The notes below the pieces were generated by a model. The model worked only from the letters and a program-made list of their open reading frames with translations, did not search any database and was not told the DNA's origin. From contig NC_135916.1 in assembly GCF_964194155.1 (NCBI RefSeq), positions 1,054,001-1,118,000 of the forward strand: a stretch of DNA of 64,000 nt. The letters run 5' to 3'. The position numbers and the translations under genes were made by a program. Shown piece after piece: positions 1-12,251 of this stretch. The stretch is from Cetorhinus maximus (taxonomy: Eukaryota). Position 1 is the stretch's first letter; each line of letters begins with the position of its first letter.

Positions 1-969
1 TGTTCACTCATAGGGTGGTGAACATGTGATTGAGTTGCATTCATTTTGTAACCTCCAGTATCTTGTATGTGAACGTATATATAATTCCCTCCATGTATCC
101 GTGATGTTTGCAAGAGTGGAACTAACTCTATTTTTAATATTTTAATGTGCTATCTCCAAAAGTGAGATTTCGTTCGAATCACTCAAAATCTGGAACCAAA
201 TGTGAAGTTCCAATTGATATTCATATAGTCAACTGCTACAAGTATGTTTTCCTTGTGTGTCGATTGGTGACATATTGCCTGACTGTAGATTTGGCCCTGT
301 AACATTCGGATTTTCCTCATTGTTATGTTTTTAGTGTATGTTTGTGGTTTTATCCCTGTATTTCATTCACTGGTACTTTGCATCAGATGGGGATAATTCA
401 TTGCTTCTCAGCGTCTTGTATAATCTGTGAGTTTGGCCATGGTTCTATAATTGTCAGTCTCTCAAACTGAATGTGAGTGTGTAATAATTCAGTCTTTAAG
501 AGCAACGAGCTGACAATGAGTGTGTGATTCATTCCACTGAACTGTGCATCTGGTTTGTATGGGTATGTTCCACTCTCTGCATATCTCTCATTGTCCTTTA
601 CAGTGCATGATTTGGGGATTAAATTGAACATGACAGTTTCCAATAGACGATGTGATTGTGGGGTTATTTCTGTATTTTTATGGTTTCAGCTATTCTATTT
701 GAATGAGATCTTTTCTGCCTCATTCAGATTCAGGTAGTGTAGTGAGTGTGGGATTTATTATAAAGCTTTCACACTTGGAAATTTGGGTGATTAACATCTG
801 CATCATGGATTTTTGCTCCCCAGGCACAGTGTATGTGGGGATAATTATGTAGTTGCCGTTCTCTGGTATGCTTTGAATTTATTTTTGTTCTTATAGCTGT
901 ATTTGATCTGTGTTTGAATGTGTGAGTAATTTTGCACCTGAGAATTCTGCCCATCTAAGTATATACAAC

Positions 970-1180
970 TTCTCTCTCCCCCCGCCCCCCCACCTTAAAC
1001 CAGCTTATATTTCACCTTTCTCCTAACTATGCTTCAGTTCTGCCGAAGGGTCGTTATGACTCGAAACGTTAACTGATTTCTTCTCCACCGATGCTGCCAG
1101 ACCTGCTGAGTTTTTCCAGGTAATTCTGTTTTTGTTTTGGATTTCCAGCATCCGCAGTAGCTTTTAGCTTTTTGTTTTTA
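970..1180 (+). mobile_element. Solo Penelope pLTR fragment; duplicate at ~41956-42166
   Basis: Near-identical to 27950-28147. Confidence 0.85.
1035..1075 (+). ncRNA. Minimal type I hammerhead-ribozyme-like motif in pLTR; duplicate at 42021-42061
   Basis: CAGTT-CTGCCGA-a-GGGTC(gttat)GACTC-GAAA-CGTT-AACTG; core deviates from CUGANGA at A6. Confidence 0.6.
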
Positions 1181-3067
1181 AGTAGGTATATTATTCAATC
1201 TGTATCTGTTTTTCTCCACTGTTGCAGGTAAGTGTGAGATAAGACTATATCTGGACTTTTAATGAAACGTGTTGGAATATATTTTTATGAATCCCTCAAC
1301 ATAGCAGTATTTGTTAACCTTTGGTTTAACCTATAACATTGGCTTCATGTGTTTTGTAGTCACAGGTTATATTCAATAGTTGCCTGGGATTTGTGGAATC
1401 ACATTTGATTTTTAGCTCTGTGAAAACAATTGTGAATATTTAATCAGATACACAGCCTCATATGTAATTTGTTCATTTTGTATAAAGGGATTGCTGTTGA
1501 ATCTTTACTGATGCTGCCATTTTTGGTGTGAAATATATAGATATGTCTAAATTCTAAGGGACGGTGCTGCAATTTATTCTGTCCCTTCCAATCAGTTATT
1601 TCTTGTCTAATGAGGCTCAGAATAATTAATTAATTTCTGACCAACGCAACACAATATAATTAAATCTGATATTTGGTGTGTTTTCTGTGAACATTTTGAT
1701 TGATGTATGCTCCTCTCATCTAGGTTACTGGAAATAAAAACAAACAACAACAATAAAATCAGACTCTCCTGCTCAGTTTGTATCTTGCATTGAAAAGTTG
1801 TCACTTCCCTTTGAAACAGTGTGGGAATGAACAATTAATTGGTTGTGACTGTGGACATAATGACCTGGAAGTTTCTCTGCTCTCAGTGAATGGTCCTGTA
1901 CCTAGCTAGTGTTGCAGCTAGCTCACTTTTTAACCTTGTTCATTTTGTGACTTTTGAAGTTGTCACTATTATCTACCTTTGTCACTAACATCATCATGCA
2001 GCAGGAATACCCATAGCACAGCTTGTGAGCTAAGATTTGTTTGTCTCTTTTCATGTTGTACCTTTCAACCATTATTCATTCCTGATATTTCGACTGCAGA
2101 TTGATTTATTAATTTGGAGGCCTGTACTATTATTTCAGTAATTTTTCCATGTAGAAATATGAAGGTGAGTTTCACTTTTGGAACACATGGATGAAAATAG
2201 TATTTTGCCATTTTTATTTGAACAGTGATATCCTTCTTTGCTGGACCACTCCTCTGATTGCATTGACAATCACTGGGATGCATTTAAGTATTTTATTCTG
2301 TATCTATTGTTTTCTGAGATGAAAAGGTGAAAGCTTTGTAACTGTCAATCTTTAAGTCTCATAACAATGCACATGTCGAATTTTGTTTTGTCTGATTTTT
2401 CTCATAAATAGTTAAATGCCAGGTTTGTTGTCATCTAAGGCTGTGTTTCTGTCTCCATCTGCCGGTTTTTTTTATGAGTGTGAGTTTTAAACTGTCGGGT
2501 GTGCTTTCACATATGTGAGTATGATTTCCGTTTCTTAATCTGCTGCTGTATTTATCAGTTTCTGGGATTCTTAATGTGACTGTGACTCAGTAACTTTCAG
2601 GTTCTGGTAAGTGATTGCTGGTGTTAGAATGTCCATGTGAATGTCTTGTTGTTTTACTTTCTAGCACTTCCTTACTTGCTATTGAGCTTTTTTCCCTCAG
2701 TCTCTCCATTAGTTTGTGGCATGTGAATGTGAGTGCTATTCTGTATCTGTCAATAACTGCATTGTGAGCGTGAGTCATAATTGCAATTGCCAGTTTTAGG
2801 TATGTGTCTGGAATGCAAATGTGAATTTTACACTGCAGTTCTCACTTTTGAATGTCTGAATGTATGTTTGAGATTACTTCACTGACTTTGACAATGTAAC
2901 TATGATTATTCTCAGTACATTTTCTATGAGTATAGCCTACATTCTTTATCTATTAGTGTCTTATCAGCAAATGTAAGACTTATTCAAAATCTGTCAGTAT
3001 TATAGTATTGTCATTGTGCGATTGATGATGTGGCTGTGCATGCCTGCTTTTATCTGTGTTTGGGTCT

Positions 3068-3127
3068 GTGTGAGAGACAGAGAGAGAGAGCATGTCTGAA
3101 GATGTGTGTGTGTGTGTGTGTGTGTGT
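3068..3127. repeat. (GA)n/(TG)n microsatellite; copy at ~44054-44110 is 6 bp shorter
   Basis: Visible. Confidence 0.9.
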
Positions 3128-3734
3128 TCATGGTGTTTTTTTTGTGTTTTCGTTCCTTCTGTCTCTCTAATGTGTTTATGGACTTATCTTTTTATTTGTC
3201 ATTGTTCAATATAGAAATGTGCATGTTGATTGGTACTCATAATTATCTGGCATGATGGCATGGATTCATTCTGTACATGTCCAATTCTTCCCTTTTCAAT
3301 TTTGATAGTCTTGGCTGTAAGCAGTAACTGTTAGGTTTGGTGTATGTAAGTTTGCATTTTATCAGTAGTTGACCTTTTCAGATATGAGACTGCGGTATTC
3401 AATCTACCCGCTCATTTCCAGTTTGTGTTGTGAGCATGTCTTTTACTTTGTTAAAGTGAACATGTAGTTTCTGAGACTCTGCATTTACAGTGAATCTGTT
3501 GTATGAATGCCGATTTTAGTCTGTACCAATTTGATTCAGTTTCTTGTTTTATTTTCGGTGCTCAAATCTCTGTTTTACAAGTGATATATTCCATTCTGCT
3601 TGTGTCAATTTTTGATGAACTGAACAATAGTTTTTGTGAGATTCTGTTGATATTTTGTATCTGAATATGGGATTTCCTTTGTACATGTCAGATTTTAGCA
3701 TGAAGGAATGTTTATCAACTGCAACTAAGCAAAG

Positions 3735-3960
3735 CCAAAATATTCTCGGCTGGATGTTGGAAACCTCAAAAAAAGGGAAGAAAATTGCTGAGAATACTGA
3801 GCAGGATTGTCAACATCTGTGGAGAAAAAGCTGAACTGCCCGTTATCTGAAATTCCTGATGTGATGGAAGGTCATTTGCCTGTAATGTTCACCCTCAATC
3901 TTTCTAAACAGTTGTTGCCGTCCCTGCTGAATATTTCCAGCATTGTCGGTGTTTTTTCCT
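3735..3960. mobile_element. Old palindromic pLTR-derived element; orthologs at ~21728-21962 and ~44715-44940
   Basis: aattgctgagaatactgagcagg...tgtggaga and inverted cctgctgaatatttccagcatt. Confidence 0.6.
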
Positions 3961-4803
3961 CCCCCTGTCTGTGTTAATTCCCAGCTGGTAAATATCACTC
4001 TGCACCTGACAGAGTCTGATACTTACATTTCACTTTTATTCTGACAGAATCTCCAAGTGCATTTTCCTCTCTGACTCTCATTTATGTGTGTGTCTGAATC
4101 ATTGTCGATTTTACGGTGAGCCTGTTAGCCGACAATATTTATGAATGATGGCCACCTTTCAGTTTTCCATTTAGTATGAAAGCATGAACCTATTTTCCAT
4201 GTCCCTCTCGGTTTATGGAATGGACTGATTTGTTTTGATCAGCAACTTAAAGTTTTTAATGCATGTTCATGTGTGTTTTTACAGTAGCCATCAAGATCAG
4301 CGATGTGTGTAGCCATGCTTCTCCTATTTTGAAAAGGCTTATAGAAAATTTGGTTTTATTCTGCATCTCTATGTCCCTGGAATGTGTCTGTGGTTTTACA
4401 ATGTAATTGTCTGTCTCTGTTATGGGAATGCAGGATAGTTCCGTGTCGGTCAGACTCTCCTCTGAGAGTGGTGTTATGTTATTCCCTGCTTTGTGAGTTA
4501 AGTTTTAACCATTTTTTGTTTGTAGTGATCTGTCGAAGTGAGTGTTTGTGACAATATTCCTCTGGCATGTCTATGCACGCCTCCATTAACAAAAATATAC
4601 TCTATCTTGATTTCTGATATTGAATAAGATTTTTGGAATGGAATTTAACTTGTTGCTTTGCGAGAACTTTGCATGTATTCATGAATAATTCTGCAAACAT
4701 TAATTGTCTGATATTTAAGTTGTAGCTAATGATCTACTCTTGTGACATGAATGGACTGCCCTTCAATCTGATAATGTTTGCGATTTTGGACTGAAATTGG
4801 TGC

Positions 4804-5296
4804 TGTTGTGCTTTCTTCTAAGAATCGAATACAGTGACAAAGATACAAGTTTAGGATTGTTTATTAAAGGGAACAACAGGGAGGGTCTGCTCCCTTTGAA
4901 TGCCTAAAACAGAACTCTACTGATTACAGGATAACAATCTTTTTTAAACACTAAACCGTTCACGTACACATTACACTATTCTAATTCCAATCTTGGCAGT
5001 ACATAATCACATGACAATCAGATGCCGCCAGTCCGCGGAACATACATTTACTTTCCCAAGCAGGGCCTCTTCATCTCGTTCTAGCCTGGCTCTATCCCTG
5101 ATACTCTTTGTCATTACACTGATGTGTTTATCTTCATCCCTCTTCTATCTCCTAACCAGTTAATCCCTTATGATCCCAAAGGTCTCCCTAGAGAGAGCTG
5201 CTGATACCAGCCCTTATGGTGTACAAGTTTTCACTGGAGAATTTTGCTGACCTTTGGTTTCACTAAAAACATAGAAATCGCTGCTTACCTCTTACA
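4804..5296 (-). mobile_element. Solo LTR (~493 bp); duplicate at 45804-46296
   Basis: TGT...ACA ends, flanks GTGC/GTGG, minus-strand AATAAA near 4860, absent from paralogous site ~24308. Confidence 0.7.
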
Positions 5297-5998
5297 GTGG
5301 GTCTACCATTCAGCAGTACCGAGTAGCAGTGTTTTGTGGGGAATATAATTCAGTCTCCCCTGTGTGTTAGCCTACTGGATTGATCATGTGTATCAGGGTT
5401 TGAGTTCAATTCGAGTCTGACTATTTCTGCTCTGGGTGATGGTCACAGTGATGTTCTGTCTGTATCTGTGCACTCTTGGAGTAGGATCGTACCTGCTGCC
5501 AGTTAGAAGGAGATAGCTGCACCTCTGTGTTGGCTGGTGGAACTTGAGATTGAAACTGACCCCTTCATTAACCTGCCAGAGAGGAAGAAAGATATCTCCA
5601 GTAAGGCAAAATCAGCTGAGGTCAGTAAAAGGCAATAGATCAATGTAATATTTCAACTGATAATCAATTTCAAAAATACTGTACATATCATGGCGGACAA
5701 CGAAAAAACTACAGTGTCTGATTCCACTTCTAACTATTGAGTGAGATTCAGAATCAACCCGCATCTGCACTGCTCCAAGTGTGTCACTACGCGGGCCCAG
5801 AGATATTGGTACAGGACAGATTTCAATTTCCAGCTCCCTTTGTAAGAACCGCCAACTCAATCTAACTGTGGAAGGTACAATGTTTCTTTGAGACGCCTCA
5901 GCTGAACAGCTGGTGCCTGCAACACGTGTCGTTAACATTACTGCTCCACTCCTTACTCTCCGTCTGTTTCCACGATTCACTGTCCAAAAGCCAACACG

Positions 5999-6460
5999 TT
6001 GTGTGAATCAGCAGCTAAACTTGGAATATGCATTACAGGATTGAGGGGGGATATCCCAATAGTTTTCAATTGCAGCTTGCTCAGGTTCTGTCTCCCTCAG
6101 CAGGGCCACACACAGCCCCAGAAAGGCCTCTCCCCGACCACCAGCTCACTCCAAGTTCCGGAACACGTTCCCGCTCCGCTCCGCCTCTTACAAACAGCCC
6201 CCCGGTTCCCCCTGAACTTACCCCGAGTCAATGATGATTTCTGTGTCCACACTGACAAACCGGTGCCCTGCTGGAATCAGAACGCTGTTTACTCGCTTAC
6301 CCGGGCCCCAGTATTTCCATTTCCGTCTGTTTGAAACAAAGGTCTTCCGCTCGCTGAGTGAAAGGACGTCAAGGGCAGTGGTTGGTGGGAAGGGAAGCGC
6401 GCATGCGCCCGACTAGTCACCGAGAAATTCCAAAACGCAGGGCTGCAATGCGCATGTGCT
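5999..6460 (-). promoter_or_regulatory. Conserved CpG-rich promoter/first-exon-like element with NRF1 sites
   Basis: GCGCATGCGC 6399-6408, second near-site ~6449; minus-strand GTAAG donors at 6300 and 6221; highly similar copies at 24989 and 46999. Confidence 0.55.
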
Positions 6461-7319
6461 GTTGGAAACTAACTAAGAACAAAACCAGGTCATCTGGTCC
6501 TTCCCCATGTCAATTTCCTCAGCCTTGAGCATAGGAATTGGAATGTGGGGAACGGGCAGAGACGTTACGAGCAGGAGGGCCATCCCTGTATTAAATCCAA
6601 ACTGGGCGTCTTTGCTGTTCATTCGACGGTCTCCGCAAATTAATCCACATGTCGAATAGGTCTGTTTGCTGTTATAGCTCAGAACTTAATATCAGATCGT
6701 AAAAGTCTCAGGTTAATATAATCAGATTGAAAATGTCAGTCACTGACTGTCGTATTCAACAATTTTAGTCGAAGATTTCCCGAGAGTTCCAGAGTTTATA
6801 GAATGTTATATTTCATTATTATTGCCTCAACACCACTCAGTTTCCTGGACTGTGGGACAGAAATGTATCTGCCTCTCCTCCAATGTTAATGAGAGATGAG
6901 GCCTGGTATTTCGCACCGCTGGGGGATCTATAAGCCTTATCGATCAGCTTCAGAATATTCAGTGTTTCAAAAAGAAAACCTCTCAATCTTCTAAACTCCA
7001 ATGAAGATTATTCCAACTTGATCATGATTTCCTCACCAGTCAACAACTGGAAGCTGCTCATGAACATTCCCTGAACTGTATCAAGGGATCGATATTATTC
7101 AGTTGTCCCCCATCCCTCTACTGCTGTTGATGTGCATGTTACTAATGTTACTGATAGGATTATATAAACTGATACTCACACTCCTCCCATGTGAGGTGAG
7201 GGACTGTCACTGTTCATTCTCCTCTCAGAAATTCAAGTATGACATTTCATTAGATTATCTCCAGTCAAACATCGAATTCTGCTCTGAAAAACTCTGTCAC
7301 TGTCGGGAACGTGACGATG

Positions 7320-10300
7320 GGAGAAGTCATCGCAGCCAACGCGACTCAGGAGGGAATCGAGGAGGACCCACTGTCAAAGAATGGAATAGTCCCAAGCATT
7401 ACATTGCTGTAGTGTTTCCATCCCTCCCTCATCCTCAAACCTAAAAAACAGAGAGAGGGGAAGAGGCAGTGTCTCCAGGAGTGCACCAAATCTGCGAGGG
7501 ATACTCTTCTGAAAGTGGAATTTAAAGAAAAAGCAGCTGATTGCTGAGTAAATCCTGGGAGCAGACTCGGAGGGAGGAGAACCGAAGCGGTGAGTGTAAA
7601 CCTAGCTTACCTTGAGGATTCGCAGTCTTGTCTCTAGGGAGCAGACTCGGAGGGAGGAGCAGCAGAGTGGTGACCTCGGGGCACAGAGTAACTGAAGCCA
7701 AAACTGAAAAAGTGACGTCACATGAAAGCTGTGACCTGATTGGTTGGTAGGAAATCTGCACCAAATTTGAAAAAAAAAACACGGCAAAGCTAATTAATAA
7801 ATTAATTGTCTAAGTACAGATGGCTGGGCAGGTGATGTGCTGTAGCTGTATGATGTGGGAGCTGGCAGATCCCAATGCGAGCCACAGTGACCACATCTGC
7901 AGCAAGTGTTGTTGCTGGAGGAATTCCGGCTCAGAATTGATGAGCTGGAGTCCGAGTTCTGGACACTGCGGCTCCTTCGGGAGGGGGACAGTTACCTGGA
8001 CGCTTTGTATGAGGAGGCGGTCTTACCTGGTAGATTAAGTACCTCAAATCCGGTCAGTGGTCAGGGTCAGCAGGGTGTGACTGCAATTGAGGCAGGTAGA
8101 GGGATCCTGTGTTCAGTAAGTGAGGACCCTCAGCTCTTGACCTTGTCCAACAGGTACGACGTACTTGCTTCCTGTGTGGATGGGGAACAGGGCTGTAGGG
8201 AGGATGAGCCAGCTGACCACGGCACCGTGGCACAGGAGGCCCTTCAAGAGGGGGGAGCACAGAGACAAGTGGTAGTTGTAGGGGATTCTATAATTAGGGG
8301 AATTGATAGATTCCTTTGTAAGCAGGATCGAGGGTCCCGCATTGTATGTTGCCTGCCCTGTGCCAGGATGAAGGACATCTCTGACCGGCTTGAAAGGATA
8401 TTGGAGAGGGAGTGGGAGGATCCAGTTGTTGTGGTCCACGTCGTGACAAATAACATAGTTCAGACTAGGAAACAGGACCTGTTTGGGGATTATCAGGAAC
8501 TAGGAACTAAATTAAAGAACAGGTCCTCAAGGGTTATAATCTCTGGATTACTACCCGAGCAACGTGCAATTTGGCATAGGGACACAAGAATAAGGGAAGT
8601 AAACACGTGGCTAAAGGAGTGGTGCGGGAAAGAGGGGTTCCATTTCGTGGGGCACTGGCATCAGTATTGGAACAGGAGGGATCTGTACCATTGGGACGGT
8701 CTCCACCTGAACCGATCTGGGACCAATGTTCTAGCGAAAAGCGTAAGTAGAGTATTCAACAGGACTTTAAACTAGAAAGTGGGGGGGGAGGGAAGGGTAA
8801 AACTGCAAGAAATATGACTAATGGGAAACAGAGCAGCAGGTTAGCATGTGGGGTGGTGGATTCAACTTCATGGAAAATTATGAAAAAACTGAAAAGAAAG
8901 GAGAGCCCAGGAGAGGCTATTAAAGTCTCCAGAACACAAAATAGGACAGAGTGTTTGGAAAGGGCTAGGAATCTAACTTCAAGCACATCAGATAAAGGGA
9001 CGACAATGAGAAAGGGGACGGGAAATACAGGACTGAAGGTGTTGTATCTGAATGCACACAGTATACGAAATAAGGTAAATGAGCTTGTGGCGCAGATTGA
9101 AATTGGCAGGTATGATCTGGTGGGCATTACGGAGACATGGCTGCAAGGGGATCAGGGCTGGGAGCTAAATATCCAAAGATATACAACCTATCGAAAAGAT
9201 AGGCAGATTGGCAGAGGAGGTGGGGTTGCTTTGTTAGTAAGAAATGAAATTAAATCGATAGCAAGAAATGATGTAGGGTCAGAGGATGTAGAATCTGTGT
9301 GGTTAGAGTTGAGGAACCACAAAGGTAAAAAAAAACATAATGGGATTTATGTACAGGCCTCCGAACAGTAGTCAGGATGTGGGCCACAAGATACACCAGG
9401 AGATAGAAAAGGCGTGTAAGAAAGGCAAGTTTACAGTGATCATGGAGGATTTCAATATGCAGGTAGAATGGGAAAATCAGCTTGGTAGTGGATCCCAAGA
9501 AAAGGAATTTGTGGAATGTCTACACGATGGCTTTTTGGAGCAGCTTGTGGTGGAGCCCACTAGGGAACAGGCAATTCTAGATTTAGTGATGTGTAATGAG
9601 GCAGATTTGATAAGGGAGCTAAAGGTGAAGGAACCCTTAGGAGGAAGTGACCATATTATGATAGAATTTACCCTGCAGTTTGAGAGGAAAAAGCTGGAAT
9701 CAGATGTAACGGTATTACAGTTGAATAAAGGCAACTACAGAGGCATGAGGGAGGAGCTGGCCAGAATTGACTGGGAGATAAGCCTAGCAGGAAAGACAGT
9801 GGAACATCAATGGTAGGAGTTTCTGGGAGTAATTTGGGAGAAAAAGCAAAAATTCATCCCTAGGAAGAAGAAGCATACTAAAGGGAGGACGAGGAAACCA
9901 TGGCTGACAAGGGAAGTCCGGGACAGCATAAAAGCTGAAGAGAAAGCATACAATGCGACGAAGAGCAGTGGGAAACCAGGGGATTGGGAAGCCTACAAAG
10001 ACCAACAGAGGACAACTAAAAAAGAAATAAGGAGGGAGAAGATTAAATATGAGGGTAAACAAACAGTAATATAAAAGAAGATTGCAAAAATTTTTTTTAC
10101 ATATATAAAGGGCAAGAGAGAGGCAAAAGTGGATATTGGGCCGCTGGAAAATGACGCTGGAGAAGGATTAGTGGGGAACAAAGAAATGGCGGAGGAACTG
10201 AATAGGTACTTTGCGACAGTCTTCACAGTGGAAGACACGAGTGACATGCCCAAAGTTCAAGAGAGTCGGGGGACAGAGGTGAGTATGGTGGCAATTAACA

Positions 10301-11305
10301 ATAAGAAGGGGCTAGGAAAACTGAAAGGTCTGAAGGTGGATAAATGACCTGGACCAGATGGATTACACCCCAGAGTTCTGAAGGAGATAGCTGAAGAGAT
10401 AGTGGAGGCGTTAGTGGTGATCTTTCAGTAATCACTGGACTCAGGGATGTTCCCAGAGGACTGGAAAATCGCTAATGTAACCCCCTTGTTTAAGAAGGGA
10501 GTGAGGCAAAAGTCGGGAAATTACAGGTTTAATAGCCTGACTTCGGTCATTGGTAAGATTTTAGAGTCCATTATTAAGGATGAGATTTCAGAATACTTGG
10601 AAGTGCATGGTAAAATCGGGCAAAGTCAGCATGGTTTCATCCAAGGGAGGTCATGCCTGACAAATCTGTTAGAATACTTTGAGGAGGTAACGAGTAGGTT
10701 AGACAAAGGAGAGCCAATGGATGTTATGTACTTGGACTTCCAGAAGCCTTTGACAAGGTGCCACACAGCAATTTTGGGCCCCGTTTCTCAGGAAGGATGT
10801 GCTGGCCCTGGAGAGGGTCCAGAGGAGGTTCATGAGGATGATCCCAGGAATGAAAAGCTCAACATATGAGGAACGTTTGAGGACTCTGGGTCAATACTCG
10901 ATGGAGTTTAGAAGGATGAGGGGGGATCTGATTGAAACTTACAGAATACTGAAAGGCCTGGATAGAATTGACGTGGGGAAGATGTTTCCATTAGTAGGAG
11001 AGACTAGGACCCAAGGGCACAGCCTCAGAGTAAAGGGCAGACCTTTTAGAACAGAAATGATGAAAAACTTCTTTAGCCAGAGAGTGGTGAATCTATGGAA
11101 TTCAATGCCACAGAAGGCTGTGGAGGCCAGGCCACTGAGTGCATTTAAGACCGAGATAGATAGGTTCTTCATTGGTAAGGGAATCAAAGGTTACGGGGAG
11201 AAGGTGGGAGTATGGGGTTGAGAAACTTATCAGCCATGATTTAATGCGGGGCAGACTCGATGGGCCGAATGGCCTAATTTCTGCTACTATGTCTTATGGT
11301 CTTAT
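7320..11305 (+). mobile_element. CR1-clade LINE, near full length, decayed, internal RT deletion
   Basis: ORF1 Cys motif + SGNH esterase (GDSIIRG...DGLHLN); ORF2 APE (YLNAHSIRNK, GITETWL, SDH) and RT fragments; (tcttatgg)n tail; absent from the orthologous site near 29190. Confidence 0.93.
7820..8772 (+). pseudogene. CR1 ORF1 (Zn-finger + SGNH esterase), frameshifted near 5' end; copy at 48820-49772
   Basis: ORFs 7820..8038 and 7906..8775 join into one protein. Confidence 0.8.
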
Positions 11306-11749
11306 TATGCGCGAAAGTGCCTCCATACATAACTGGACTTCTCTGGGTGTTGAGATTGGGATAAAAGGCAATTGGTGAAATTGTGACGTCTCAGTTCAGG
11401 AGGAGCAACGTTAAAAGGGAAATCTAGAGCGACTGGGAGCAGATAATTTGTATTGTCACCAGAAATATACATCTTGATGTGAGCTATTCAGACAATTACT
11501 TGAAATCATATATGATTGGCACTACCGCGGAATCTGCGAATCAGACTCTCTGCGGGTCCAATGCCTCAGAGTGTTTAATGTTAGCTGAATTCACAATCGA
11601 CAGCAAATAAATAGAAACCGGAGCAAGGATCGAAAAGAGAAGGAAATCTCTACCGAGACATTCACAATTGTTCATCTTGTTGCCAATGAACCTTTAAATG
11701 TGAACATTGTGTAAGAGAGTGTTTGAAGTGGGCGGGCGAGTCAGAGGAT

Positions 11750-12175
11750 TGAAACTGTGTTTGTGTGACCGTTCTGATCAGGACATTTCCGAGTCCCGCT
11801 TAGGTAAAATAAAAATAATTTCCAAAGAAATACACCCCCTGCTCCCCAGCTTGACGCCAAAGTGAGATTTCAAGACAATTTCTTTGTTGTTTTCTAGATT
11901 TCAGACTAAATGTAGAGGACATGTCATCGATCGGGTGAAGGAGCCGCAGTTAATCGGGTTTAAATCGAAATTGGAGTCTTCAATTCGAGTGAAATATTTT
12001 CGACAGCGAACATTACAGTGTCAGAGATAAGAAGGATTCAGTCTGGGACACTGCAGAGCCGGAATTTCCATGGAATTGGGAAGTTTGTGAGGAGAGAAAA
12101 ACACAGAGAGGCAGCAGCAGCCTGGAGCTGACAGCAGCCTGTCTCCGCCCCGTCCGCTCGCTGCCTTTAAGTTGC
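11750..12175 (+). promoter_or_regulatory. H1 promoter (TG box, H1/AC box, GC box, TATA-like); copies at ~30510-30930 and ~53360-53780
   Basis: TGTGTTT 11756, AAACACA 12099, CCGCCC ~12145, TTTAAG ~12166; conserved in all three H1 copies. Confidence 0.75.
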
Positions 12176-12251
12176 TCAGTGCCGCCACCAGCGGCTTCAT
12201 TTCTCAGCCCGTTCACATTGACAGAGAAACTTTTGTGCAGAGTCCCGGAAC

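Noticed and set aside
6227-6256. Box C (ATGATGA) and CTGA with a short terminal stem, snoRNA-like
   Set aside because: Only 30 nt; no recognisable rRNA-complementary guide, and no convincing terminal stem with the distal CTGA.
6268-6300. Apparent minus-strand intron between the two donors
   Set aside because: 30-33 nt is below the usual vertebrate intron minimum; alternative donors are more plausible.
5999-6334. 111-aa + strand ORF repeated at 24989 and 46999
   Set aside because: Non-ATG start, and the middle section is in different frames between diverged copies, so conservation is not at the protein level.
7906-8775. Standalone SGNH hydrolase gene
   Set aside because: It is CR1 ORF1.
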